From Candidatus Marinacidobacterales bacterium (GTDB taxonomy: Bacteria > Acidobacteriota > Vicinamibacteria > Marinacidobacterales > DATDRI01), in the NCBI GenBank assembly GCA_965219415.1, contig CBDCNP010000002.1:352001-416000 (forward strand): a DNA stretch of 64,000 nucleotides. Reading direction: 5' to 3'. Position 1 is the first letter of the stretch; the number at the start of each line of letters is the position of its first letter. Below the pieces are notes generated by a model. That model did no database searches. It had not been told where the DNA came from and saw only the letters and a list, made by a program, of their open reading frames with translations. Below are positions 28,610 through 38,106 of this stretch, piece by piece. The position numbers and the translations under genes were made by a program.

Positions 28610-30796
28610 TCAGAACTCGGCCTGCAGAGTGATCACAGCGCTGATTCCAGGGGCCGGGACCGCCCGACTGTCCGCGCTCACGGGGTACGACTGGTCTAAG
28701 AGGTTCCGCACCCAAAGCCGGACAGAACCCCACGAATTGAACTTCCAACCCCCACCCAGATCCATGATGAAGTAAGAAGGTGTTGGCCGCTCCGTCGGCC
28801 CCGGATCGTTGTCGGCGGCGAACCATGCAACCCGGAGCAGTCCATACACTGTGTCGCCCATCTGCTTCCGCAACTGTCCTGTGATCCGCTCCGCGGGAAT
28901 GTCGTCCAAGGGCTCGTCGTCATCAAGGGCCACGCCGGTCTCGAATTGAGCTCCCAGCTCCAAAGTCAAGTCCGGTGTTAGATCCACTTGGGCTTCCCCT
29001 TCGATTCCTTGCAGTCGCGCTTTGCCACGATTGCGAAAGAAGAACAGCCCTTGCCCTTCTTCGAAGCGCTCCACGAGATCGTTGATATCGTATCGGTAGA
29101 AGAAAAACGCCCAGCGCAATTTCTCCCGTCCGTAACGTAACGCCACATCGAACTGTAGAGAAGTCTCCGGCTCGAGATCGGGATTTCCGAAGGCGGTTCC
29201 TCGCCCGGTGACTCCTTTGAAGTACCGATCAGAAAGAAAGGGATCTCGGAAGCCGCGCGAGACCTGCCCAGTCAAATGGAGTCGCGAAGCGAGCTCGATT
29301 CGAAGCGAGCCGTATCCGGAGACTGCGTCGTTGCTCGTCGATTGGTCGCCATAAAACCCGCCGCGATTGGCGCTGGTCAAATGGTCGAACCTCACCCCGC
29401 CCCAGGCGCTCACTCGCCTGCCGAGCATGATTTCCCCGTTCGCATAGACTGCGGTATCGGAGCGATTCGCGTTTTCGATGGCCGGCTGCTGCTCGCGTTG
29501 GAAACGGACCGCTTCTGAAGCATCGGTGATGACCTCCGAATCCAAGGCCTCGAGATCGAAGCGTCCGTTTACGTCGAAACCCAACTCCAGTCGGGATGGC
29601 CCCAGGGGACGTACGGCGAGGGCTCGAAAGCTGAAATCATTGGCCGACACATCCGCCCCGCTCACGCGCCGAAAACCGGAAGGCCGAAGCTGCTCATCAC
29701 GTTCGGTGATCAGTCGATAGCTCCCGAGAAATCCGTTGAAGTCGACGCGCGTGAAACCGGCCACCGGATCTAAATCGTATGAGACCGTGAGCCGATGCGA
29801 ATTCTCCTCGGGGTGCGAGATACGAACCGGTTCGGGATCTTCTCTTGGGCGACCGATGTCTCGGCCGAGATCACTTTGCCACCCCACCGAGAAGAGACCT
29901 GCGCCAACCTCCTGGGTCACTCGGGCGAGGAATCCTCCATCGCTTGCCGAAGAGTTCGGAACCGTTCCCTCGGAACTTCGGTAGTCGGTGAAATTGCGGT
30001 AGCGAGCCTGAAAGAGCAAGCCGCCCTCGCCGAAACCCTGTGATATTTCTGCGCCCATACTCCGCTCTGGAATTCCGGCTCCCAAGCTCCCACGCAGGCG
30101 AACGCGCAACGGTGCGCCCGATTCGGGACGTCGGGTGCGAGCGTCGATGACTCCCCCGAACGCATCCGACCCATAGGCGACCGAACCGGGGCCTCGCGAT
30201 ACTTCGGTACCCTCTAGGAAGAAAGGATCAAGATATGTGGCGCTGGGACCGGCCCGGCGCTCCGTCGACACGCGAGCCCCGTCGATCAGGACGAGCGTGC
30301 GCCCCCTGGCCAAACCGCGGATAACAGGAACCGCAGCGTGAAGGTCCGATACCTGGCCCACCCCAGGGACGTTCTCCAACACTTCGGTCAACCGGACCGG
30401 ATGGCGCTGAGCGATATCCTCCTTGGGCACGACGCTGGTGCCGCTCGCGGGGGGTGCCTCGATGTGGGGGGCCGCGCCGCTGGTAACAAGCACCGTCTCC
30501 GACACCAAGGGCGACACCGTAACGACAACAGGCCCGGCGTCGGGGATTTCCTCGATGAGGACGGGGGCCATGTACTGCCCACCTGGCATGACTACCAGGA
30601 TCTCGAAGGGAAGCGGCGGATCGGGGCTGCGAGAGAACCAACCTTCGTGATCGGTTCGGGTCGAACCCGGATGTCCAAGCACGGAGACTGTCGCGTCCCC
30701 CACCGGTGTTCCGTCCTGCAGCACGACCCGGCCTCTGAACGCGAAGGCCGGCGACGCACAAACTGCGACCCCCGCAACCAACCACCAGAACTTCAT
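28610..30796 (-). CDS. TonB-dependent outer membrane receptor
   Basis: Signal peptide MKFWW; plug motifs LENVPGV, IRG, RGPGSVAYGSDAFGG; GNPDLEPE; RNLLD; C-terminal Phe. Confidence 0.92.
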   Translation of the reverse strand: MKFWWLVAGVAVCASPAFAFRGRVVLQDGTPVGDATVSVLGHPGSTRTDHEGWFSRSPDPPLPFEILVVMPGGQYMAPVLIEEIPDAGPVVVTVSPLVSETVLVTSGAAPHIEAPPASGTSVVPKEDIAQRHPVRLTEVLENVPGVGQVSDLHAAVPVIRGLARGRTLVLIDGARVSTERRAGPSATYLDPFFLEGTEVSRGPGSVAYGSDAFGGVIDARTRRPESGAPLRVRLRGSLGAGIPERSMGAEISQGFGEGGLLFQARYRNFTDYRSSEGTVPNSSASDGGFLARVTQEVGAGLFSVGWQSDLGRDIGRPREDPEPVRISHPEENSHRLTVSYDLDPVAGFTRVDFNGFLGSYRLITERDEQLRPSGFRRVSGADVSANDFSFRALAVRPLGPSRLELGFDVNGRFDLEALDSEVITDASEAVRFQREQQPAIENANRSDTAVYANGEIMLGRRVSAWGGVRFDHLTSANRGGFYGDQSTSNDAVSGYGSLRIELASRLHLTGQVSRGFRDPFLSDRYFKGVTGRGTAFGNPDLEPETSLQFDVALRYGREKLRWAFFFYRYDINDLVERFEEGQGLFFFRNRGKARLQGIEGEAQVDLTPDLTLELGAQFETGVALDDDEPLDDIPAERITGQLRKQMGDTVYGLLRVAWFAADNDPGPTERPTPSYFIMDLGGGWKFNSWGSVRLWVRNLLDQSYPVSADSRAVPAPGISAVITLQAEF

Positions 30797-30957
30797 TTTG
30801 GACAGTATAGCTCGTCGTAGTACCTTGACATCACAAGCGATATGGCGTTTCATTAGGTTTGGGTAGACACTCCTCAAACACCGGGGACAGTACACGTAGC
30901 GGTCGCCGCTTTGGCGCAGCCGGGTCGACGAGGCCGACCTGGCGCGAGGGGGTACCG

Positions 30958-31515
30958 ATGGCAAGTTATGTCAACATGGATTCTTTTGCGGCTCGGCTGG
31001 AGAGCATGGCTGCCGCCGGTTTCGACACCGACGAAGTGCATGCTTACCTCAGCGACACGTTGATCGAGCCGTCTTCGCTCGACGCCTACGTGAGCTTCAA
31101 GTCGACTCGGTACGCCCGCAACCTGGTCCACAAGAGCAAAAGGTTCGAGATTCTCGTTGTTTGCTGGAAAGTTAGCCAAGGGGCACCGGTCCACGGACAT
31201 GAGGGAGAACGTTGTTGGGCCCGCGTGGAACGAGGCACGCTTCGTTTCGCAAACTTTCGGGAGGTATCGGAGAACCCTTTGATCGTAGAGGCATTAGGAG
31301 ACCCGGTCGACGGGGGCCCCGGGCACCTGGACGGTCCCGCCGATATCCACACCGTGGAAAACCCAGGCGACTCCGGGGAGGACGCTGCGAGTCTTCATGT
31401 GTACTCCTTCCCTTTCGACGAATGCGACATCTACGACCTGGCGCGAGGTGAGAAAAAACGAGTTCGGATGGAGTACGACACCATGTTCGGGAAATCCTTG
31501 GACCAGGCTCCCTGA
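30958..31515 (+). CDS. Cysteine dioxygenase type I family protein
   Basis: YARNLV, EILVVCW, APVHGH...CW, IHTVEN, SLHVYS. Confidence 0.85.
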   Translation: MASYVNMDSFAARLESMAAAGFDTDEVHAYLSDTLIEPSSLDAYVSFKSTRYARNLVHKSKRFEILVVCWKVSQGAPVHGHEGERCWARVERGTLRFANFREVSENPLIVEALGDPVDGGPGHLDGPADIHTVENPGDSGEDAASLHVYSFPFDECDIYDLARGEKKRVRMEYDTMFGKSLDQAP

Positions 31516-31528
31516 AAGGTTCGTGTAA

Positions 31529-33676
31529 TTGGTCGAGCTCAATCACCACGAACGCTACGTAAGGGCCAAAATCCTCTACTACGGTCCTGCCGCTGGTGGA
31601 AAAACCACTAGTCTTCAAGTTCTCCATGCGCGTGCGCATGGAAACCAGAAGATGGAGCTGATCTCGGTCAATACCGCGCAGGATCGGACGATTCTGTTTG
31701 ACCTCCTCCCTTTGCGGACCATCGCCTTCCGCAGCTACGAGCTTCGATTCCAAGTGATCGCCGTTCCGGGACAGCGTCTCTACTCCGCGACACGCAAAAT
31801 GCTTCTCAAGGGAGCGGACACCATCGTCTTTGTCGCTAATTCCGCTGCCGATCGCTTCCAAGAAAATCTACAAAGCCTCAATGAAATGACCGAGAACCTC
31901 TTGAGCCACGGAATCGATCCGTCTTCGTTACCGGTGGTCTTTCAATACAACAAGAGGGATCTCCCGGATACGACGGAGATCAAGACCTTGGATCGTGCCC
32001 TCAACGCTCGGAGCTCCGAGAGCTTCCCTTCCATCGCTATCGAAGAAGAGGGCGTCTTGGAGACGTTCGCCGCTGCACTTCGTCTCACGATGACCGAGCT
32101 TTCGACTCGATACAAGATCGGCGAGGACGTCCGTGGACCGCGCGCGGCGCGCGAATGGGCGGAGCGCGCCATGAAAGCGACCTTCAAGATGGCGCAACCG
32201 GCTCCAAAAGAAGAACCCGTACCCGCCCCCCCGAGGCTGGTGCTTCGTCAACGGCGGATCCAGCGTCAGCGACGGAACCACCACCCGCGACCGTGCTCCG
32301 GGTGCGAACGCCCTCATCGCCTCGGACCAAGCTCGGGTCCGCCCCGGCGGATCCGCCATCCACAGAGTCACCCGCGCCGTCCGCATCAGCCGAAGCTCAG
32401 GATCCCATGGCAGCCCAGGCACTCGTCAACAGCTACGCCGAGGCGGCAGCCGGACTCACCGACCATTTGGGCCGACTCCGCGAGGAGAGGGACGAGGCGA
32501 ACCGAAGGCTGGAAGAACTCTATGCCGTGGCCGACATTGGGCGCAGCCTACTTCATGCCTCGCGCGATCGAGCCAAAGTGTTGCTGGAGGGCGTGGTGAA
32601 GAAGATGTCGGAAATCTTCCGCACTTCGCAGGCTTCGCTATCCCTCATGCGACCGGACGGCGAGTTGGAGGTCGTCGTTCACCAAGGGATCGAAGACGAT
32701 CCTATTGTCTACGGAACTTCGTCCGAAGGTCATTCACTCGGCCCATCACTTCTGGAAGCTGGACAACTTCGCCTCGAGCTGCGCGGAGCGGCCGGTCCCC
32801 TCGGTGAAGCGATCGAGCGAGTCGGTTCGCAGTGTGTCGCGGTCCTGGTGCTTCCACTCCAGACACCGGCTCGCCCCATCGGGATGCTGGTTTTCTATCT
32901 CCCCGAGGAAGCGTCGATCCCGACCGAGTTCGAAATGGAGCACCTCGAGCGCTTGGCGCTCGGGCTGACGTTGACGCTGGAGGTCGCCTCCGAGGCAGTC
33001 TCGACCGACCGTTTGGAAACGATGACCAAAGCGGTGCTCGCCGGACAGCTTGCGCAGCATGTTTTTCGCTCCGCAGACGCGCCCATCGACCAAATCGTGT
33101 CCGCCCTTTATCGACTTCGCTCGCGCCCCGGTTCACCGGCATGGATCACCGACGGCCTCGGCCAGATGGAAGACACGATCTTCCAGCTCCAGAAATTGAG
33201 TCGGGGGGTGGCGGCATTCGGGGACGACGAGCTCCCTCCCGCCGACCGCGTCTCCTTGGAGGAGCTCCTCGGCGAAATCGAGGCTGACTTTCGCGTGCCA
33301 TTGGCCGAGGCGGGGATCACCTTTCAAATCGAGAACAAGGCCGGCGGTGCTTTCATGAAAGCGGAGCCAGTCCTGCTCCGCGCCCTCGTCGGGGGATTGG
33401 TAGAGAACGCTCGCCGGGATCACATCCGGAGGCATGATACGGGTGATCGCACAATTGTCCGACCGAACCGTGCGGCTCGCCATTTTCCATAACGCCGGCG
33501 CGTTGGTTGCTAGGAGAGCTCCCGCGCAAGCCCTGTCATGGCCGTTCGAACGGCGTCTATCCGACATCAACCTGAAGCTGGTCGAAACTATGGTCTCCTA
33601 TTTTCAAGGCGAGCTGACGACCGAAACCCGAGAGAAGGTCGGTACGATGACGACGCTGGCGCTACAAAGCGAGTGA
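31529..33676 (+). CDS. MglA-like small GTPase fused to GAF and degenerate histidine-kinase-like domains (2 frameshifts, ~32230 and ~33430)
   Basis: KILYYGPAAGGKTT, DRTILFD, VPGQ, QYNKRD; Pro/Ala linker; coiled coil; GAF (LPL...IGML); HK-like tail ending GTMTTLAL. Confidence 0.72.
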
Positions 33677-34846
33677 ACTAGGGGTCGGTCGAGGAAGTCG
33701 CGCGCGCCACCGATGCTCGGCCCGATCCCACCGCAAGACCTGAACCAGCCGGGACCATCCCCAAGCCATGACCTGGCACAATCGACGGAGATAAAACCAG
33801 CGAGTGGCACCGCCCGGAAACACTTCGCGCAGGACGTTGTGGCGAGGAAAAGTGAACTCCCACAAGTAGCCCAGCTTTCCGAGAGCCGAGGGGATCGAGA
33901 AAACCACCAAGAGCTCTCCCGTCGCCTCCGCAGCCCGCCTAGCCACGACCGCATCCACGAACTTGCATTCCATGCGATTCAGGCGCGGCAAAGAGACCCT
34001 TACTCCGGGTGGAATCTTCACCGAGAGCAGTTGCTCCATCGCCGAGACCGCATAGGCGACGGAACGCTGGGTCCCGGTTTTCTCGGCTTCGAGCAAGAGC
34101 TCTTCCCAGTCCAGCCGCCGGGAAACCAAGACTAAATCGACCAACCAGATGAGTCGGGAGAACGAGTGCTTCTGCGCGTGCACCGCGAGATGGAGAAACT
34201 GATGAGCGGGTGGCAGAGTCAGCAAGCTTTCGTCACCGGGATCCAAGGGCACCGCCTTGGCCCAGACCGCTTCGGCATCGAACCGAAACGCGAGAACCCG
34301 TCTGCGGATTCGAGACGCGTTGATGAGGTCGGTATGGAGGTCGAACATCACCGGCCCCTTCGTGAAAAGCGTCCCCGATGAGCCCGGGGAACGGAAGCCC
34401 CGCTGAAAGAGCGTATCCCGTACTCGGGGAAGGTCTATCTCTTTCACCAGGAGATCCAGGTCGCTCAAAGGGCGTAACCCCAGCTGGCCTCCGTAAGCGG
34501 TGGTGGTCAGCGCGTCGCCTTTGAGAAGAATGATCCGAAACCCTTCCTTCTGGAGAGCAGCACGAAGCGCAAGTAGCTCTGCGAAATGGCTTCCGTTGGA
34601 GACGAAAATCTCATGGAGCGCCTTGGAGAAAGGCTCCAAGGGAAGCTTCAAACCGTCGATTCTTGTGAGCTGCTCGAGCTGAAGCGCCAGCACACCGCTC
34701 ATGCCTTCTTGCCCCGCCAGCCCGAGCAGACCCGCCCAGTCCAAGGACGGACCGATGCATTCGAGAGCCTCCTCCTTCTCGGCGTTGCCGAGGAAGAGAC
34801 GCCCCGCGGCGAGGAGCAGGTCTAGCTCTGGGCTTCTAGCAACCAC
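33662..34846 (-). CDS. Nucleotidyltransferase family protein (NTP_transf_5-like)
   Basis: ILLKGDAL...Y...LRPLSDLDLLV, DLH, LHLAVHAQKH..SRLIWLVD. Confidence 0.85.
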   Translation of the reverse strand: MVARSPELDLLLAAGRLFLGNAEKEEALECIGPSLDWAGLLGLAGQEGMSGVLALQLEQLTRIDGLKLPLEPFSKALHEIFVSNGSHFAELLALRAALQKEGFRIILLKGDALTTTAYGGQLGLRPLSDLDLLVKEIDLPRVRDTLFQRGFRSPGSSGTLFTKGPVMFDLHTDLINASRIRRRVLAFRFDAEAVWAKAVPLDPGDESLLTLPPAHQFLHLAVHAQKHSFSRLIWLVDLVLVSRRLDWEELLLEAEKTGTQRSVAYAVSAMEQLLSVKIPPGVRVSLPRLNRMECKFVDAVVARRAAEATGELLVVFSIPSALGKLGYLWEFTFPRHNVLREVFPGGATRWFYLRRLCQVMAWGWSRLVQVLRWDRAEHRWRARLPRPTPSSLAL

Positions 34847-35372
34847 AATTGTTGGCAGCCTGACCCGGATTCATGCAGATGCCGTTGCAGCATCGCCACG
34901 TCGGGGTGCAGTCTCCGCCCGGGTTCGCGCACGGTGTACAGTCGGCGAGACCGGAACAGTTAGAATTCGGAATGCAGCTCTGGGCGTGTGCCGGAGTGGG
35001 TGCAACGATCGAGCTCACCACGGGTAGCATTACCGAGGCCGCGAGGCCGACTTTCTTCAACCGACGAATGAAGTCACGCCGAGAGTACGCCTCGATGAAC
35101 GCTTCGTCTTCCAGCAAGCCGACGCGCGCGAGGCGGCCCAAGGCATAGCGCACGACCTCTCGGTCGGCAGGTTCGTCGAGCTCACTCGCCAAGATGCGGG
35201 CCAACTGACTGACGGTCTTCTTGCCATCGCTCCGGCGCCATACGATCGCGGCGGCACGATTGAGACGATGCGCTCGATGGTTTCTCAAGTCATAGACCAG
35301 AACTTCGTCGAGAAGGTTCTGCACCGCTAGATCCTTTTTCCTCCGACGAGGTTTGTCGCGTCCTCTGCGCAT
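34836..35372 (-). CDS. PqqD/RRE domain fused to leader-like segment and Cys-rich peptide (putative RiPP precursor)
   Basis: LAVQNLLDEVLVYD...AHRLNRAAAIVW..SDG...L...GLL (PqqD-like); SRRDFIRR...LPVVSSIVAPTPAHAQS; 46-aa tail with 10 Cys. Confidence 0.8.
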   Translation of the reverse strand: MRRGRDKPRRRKKDLAVQNLLDEVLVYDLRNHRAHRLNRAAAIVWRRSDGKKTVSQLARILASELDEPADREVVRYALGRLARVGLLEDEAFIEAYSRRDFIRRLKKVGLAASVMLPVVSSIVAPTPAHAQSCIPNSNCSGLADCTPCANPGGDCTPTWRCCNGICMNPGQAANNCGC

Positions 35373-35389
35373 GTTCGCTCCTTGCCAAA

Positions 35390-36226
35390 CTAGGCGGCGC
35401 TATCGAACTCGGCCAGCATTTTCTCCAGTACCTCATCCACTTCGCCTCGCGCACCGATCAAGACCGGCGCCCGACGGACGGCGCGCTTCAACATCTCGAG
35501 CGCCCGTTGAGGCGCCAGGCGGGCCGAGGCGGTGTTGGCCAACAGCGCGAGCGCCGCTTGACCGGGAGATAGCGTCTGCGGACTCCAACTTGCTCCCGGC
35601 TTGTACTCACTCACAATGACCAGCCCGACGGGTAGCGGTGGCCCCCCGGCCGTCACACCCAGTTCCTCAACCAACCCAGATATGGAAGGCCTGTCCCCCT
35701 CGAGGGTCCCAGTTGGGTGGGGAAAAGCGTGTACGCGGCCGCGTGAATCGAAGACCGCATATTCGTGGGAGTAATACGTTGCGCCCGCCCTGACCAATCC
35801 GGCGACCAGAGTGCTCTTGCCGCTGAAGGTCTTGCCCGGCAAAACGATTGCCCGGCCGTGCCATCCGACCACCCCGGCGTGGACGAACACTCGTGTCTCC
35901 GAGGTTTCGGCAACAAAGAGCCGCATGTCCGACGCGAAAACCTGAAGTAGATCGTCGAGGTCCATCGTCCTCGAGATCCGTTCCGTATTGGCATAGAGAA
36001 GGTTGTACCAGCGGACCCGCTCGGGGGAGCCTGTTGCCTGGTTGGACCCCACCCGGAGCGAATACAAACGATCCACGACGCGGGATCTCGCCGGTTTCCA
36101 ACCAGGAGAGAGCAACGGCTCGAGACGCTCGAGCACTTCCGCTTGGTTGACGCGAATCCCTACACGAGTACCGTAGACTTGATAGGCGATCCCCGCTTCC
36201 CAACCCAACCGATCGAGCTCCTTCAT
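35390..36226 (-). CDS. HprK-related P-loop kinase
   Basis: FVHAGVVGWHGRAIVLPGKTFSGKSTLVAGLVRAGATYYSHEYAV; probable start MKELDRLGW at 36226 (ORF extends to 36361). Confidence 0.8.
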   Translation of the reverse strand: MKELDRLGWEAGIAYQVYGTRVGIRVNQAEVLERLEPLLSPGWKPARSRVVDRLYSLRVGSNQATGSPERVRWYNLLYANTERISRTMDLDDLLQVFASDMRLFVAETSETRVFVHAGVVGWHGRAIVLPGKTFSGKSTLVAGLVRAGATYYSHEYAVFDSRGRVHAFPHPTGTLEGDRPSISGLVEELGVTAGGPPLPVGLVIVSEYKPGASWSPQTLSPGQAALALLANTASARLAPQRALEMLKRAVRRAPVLIGARGEVDEVLEKMLAEFDSAA

Positions 36227-36510
36227 GGATGGCGAGCCACCGTCGAGCCGTGGCAGAAGCGAACGTGCCAAGCGATTCTCTCCCTGTTCGAGTTTAGACC
36301 CCGGCGCCTCGGAGACACAGTGTTCCCAGAGAGTCCGACGAAAACCCGTTGTGATGAACACTTAAATTTATCTGTTACTTGTATCAACAGGTTACCAAAA
36401 GTACTCGACCGAGGCAAGAACCGCCCACGCGCAGATCTCGTTTGCGCTAGCGACCGCCGCTATATAGCCTGGGCCGCACGAAAAAGGCGGTTTTACAGGA
36501 GTCAGGGGCA

Positions 36511-37278
36511 TTGGGTGTTCTCGAGGGAAAGCGGGCGCTCATCACAGGTGCGGCTTCCGGCATCGGAAAGGCCGCCGCACTTCTTTTCGCCAAGGAGGGC
36601 GCCGCGGTCTCGGTGACCGACCGGGATACGGCGGGTGGACTGGAGACGGTGCGAGAGATAGAGGGACAAGGGGGCCGGGGCCTTTTCGTTGCTGCCGATG
36701 TAACCCGCGCGGAAGACTGTGAAAGCGCTGTGCAGCAGACCGTCGCTTGGCTCGGAGGCCTGGATGTGCTCTTCAACAATGCCGGGATCATCATTCGCCG
36801 CTCGGTCGTGGAACTCGACGAGGCCGATTGGGACCGCGTGATGGCGGTCAACGTGAAATCTATCTTCCTTATGTCGAAGTATGCGATTCCGATTATGCAG
36901 GCGGGTGGCCAAGGCACCATTATTAATATGTCCTCCGGATGGGGCTTGGTGGGAGGCCCGAAGGCGGCCGCGTACTGTGCAAGCAAAGGAGCCGTCGTTC
37001 TCCTGACGAAGGCGATGGCCGTCGATTGTGGTCCGGACGGCATCCGCGTCAATTGTCTATGCCCGGGCGACACCGATACTCCATTGCTGCGAGTCGAGGC
37101 ACGTCAACTGGGAACGAACGAGCCGGAATTCCTGGTCGAAGCCGCGCGAAGGCCGCTCGGGCGCGTCGGTTCCCCGGAAGATATTGCACGTGCGGCACTC
37201 TTCCTCGCCAGTGACGCCTCGAGCTACGTGACCGGAACCACACTGGTCGTCGATGGCGGCGGCCTCGCCGCCGGCTAG
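36511..37278 (+). CDS. SDR family oxidoreductase
   Basis: TGAASGIG, NNAG, YCASK. Confidence 0.92.
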   Translation: MGVLEGKRALITGAASGIGKAAALLFAKEGAAVSVTDRDTAGGLETVREIEGQGGRGLFVAADVTRAEDCESAVQQTVAWLGGLDVLFNNAGIIIRRSVVELDEADWDRVMAVNVKSIFLMSKYAIPIMQAGGQGTIINMSSGWGLVGGPKAAAYCASKGAVVLLTKAMAVDCGPDGIRVNCLCPGDTDTPLLRVEARQLGTNEPEFLVEAARRPLGRVGSPEDIARAALFLASDASSYVTGTTLVVDGGGLAAG

Positions 37279-37293
37279 CTAAGAAGGAGGATT

Positions 37294-38091
37294 ATGATGA
37301 CAGTCAAACGATCTCTGTGGCTCTTCATGATGCTGGCCGGCTTTTCCTGCTCGCCACCTCCCGCAGCTCCACCCGAGCTGGAAATGCCCCGAGCCATCGT
37401 GGACCTGTCGCCCACTATAGGGGAGGACATGCCAACCAAGTCTCTCGGCGTCACGGCTCTCGAAGCCTTCGGTGTCCCGGTCACGACGACCTTCGAAGTC
37501 AAGGTCACCGAAGAGCCTTTCTATATCGCCGATGCCCTCATCACTTTGTTCAATCACGTGGGGCCCCATCATGATCCTCCCAGTCACCTCATAAAAGGGG
37601 GAGAGTCCGTAGATCAGGTTCCACTCGATCGGTTTTACGGTCCAGCTAAGTTTTTTGATTTTCGCTCCAAAGCAAAAGACGACCCCCTCCTTCCCTCGGA
37701 CTTCGAGAACCGCGGCATCGAAGCGGGCGACATCGTGCTCGTCTTCGTCGACTACGAGCAGCCCGCCGACGGGGAGCTCCCCTCCTACGCGTACTTGTCG
37801 GGAGACGCGGCCGAGTACCTTGCCAATGTCCCCATCAAGGCCTTCGCCTCGAACATGCCGAGCCTCGGAAACGTGAAGCGGTACTTCCAGTTGATCGAGG
37901 AGGGACGCACCGGCTCGGAGAACATTTTCCCCGAGCACTATGCGTTCTTGTCCCGCGACATCCCGAACATCGAGGGGTTGGCGAATTTGGAAAGCCTATT
38001 GGGAGAGGAGGAGATCGTCTTCGTCGGCTTTCCGTTAAAGATCAAAGACGGGAATGGCGCGCCCCTGCGCGCGGCGGCTCTCGTGTATTGA
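37294..38091 (+). CDS. Cyclase family (kynurenine formamidase-like) lipoprotein
   Basis: HVGPHHDPPSH, IEGLANL, PLKIKDGNGAPLRA; lipoprotein-like signal ending in Cys. Confidence 0.85.
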   Translation: MMTVKRSLWLFMMLAGFSCSPPPAAPPELEMPRAIVDLSPTIGEDMPTKSLGVTALEAFGVPVTTTFEVKVTEEPFYIADALITLFNHVGPHHDPPSHLIKGGESVDQVPLDRFYGPAKFFDFRSKAKDDPLLPSDFENRGIEAGDIVLVFVDYEQPADGELPSYAYLSGDAAEYLANVPIKAFASNMPSLGNVKRYFQLIEEGRTGSENIFPEHYAFLSRDIPNIEGLANLESLLGEEEIVFVGFPLKIKDGNGAPLRAAALVY

Positions 38092-38106
38092 TCAAGGAGA
38101 AAGACA

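Noticed and set aside
33662-36226. Canonical lasso peptide cluster
   Set aside because: No asparagine-synthetase-like cyclase or B2 peptidase nearby, and the core is Cys-rich without a lasso-type start or ring acceptor pattern
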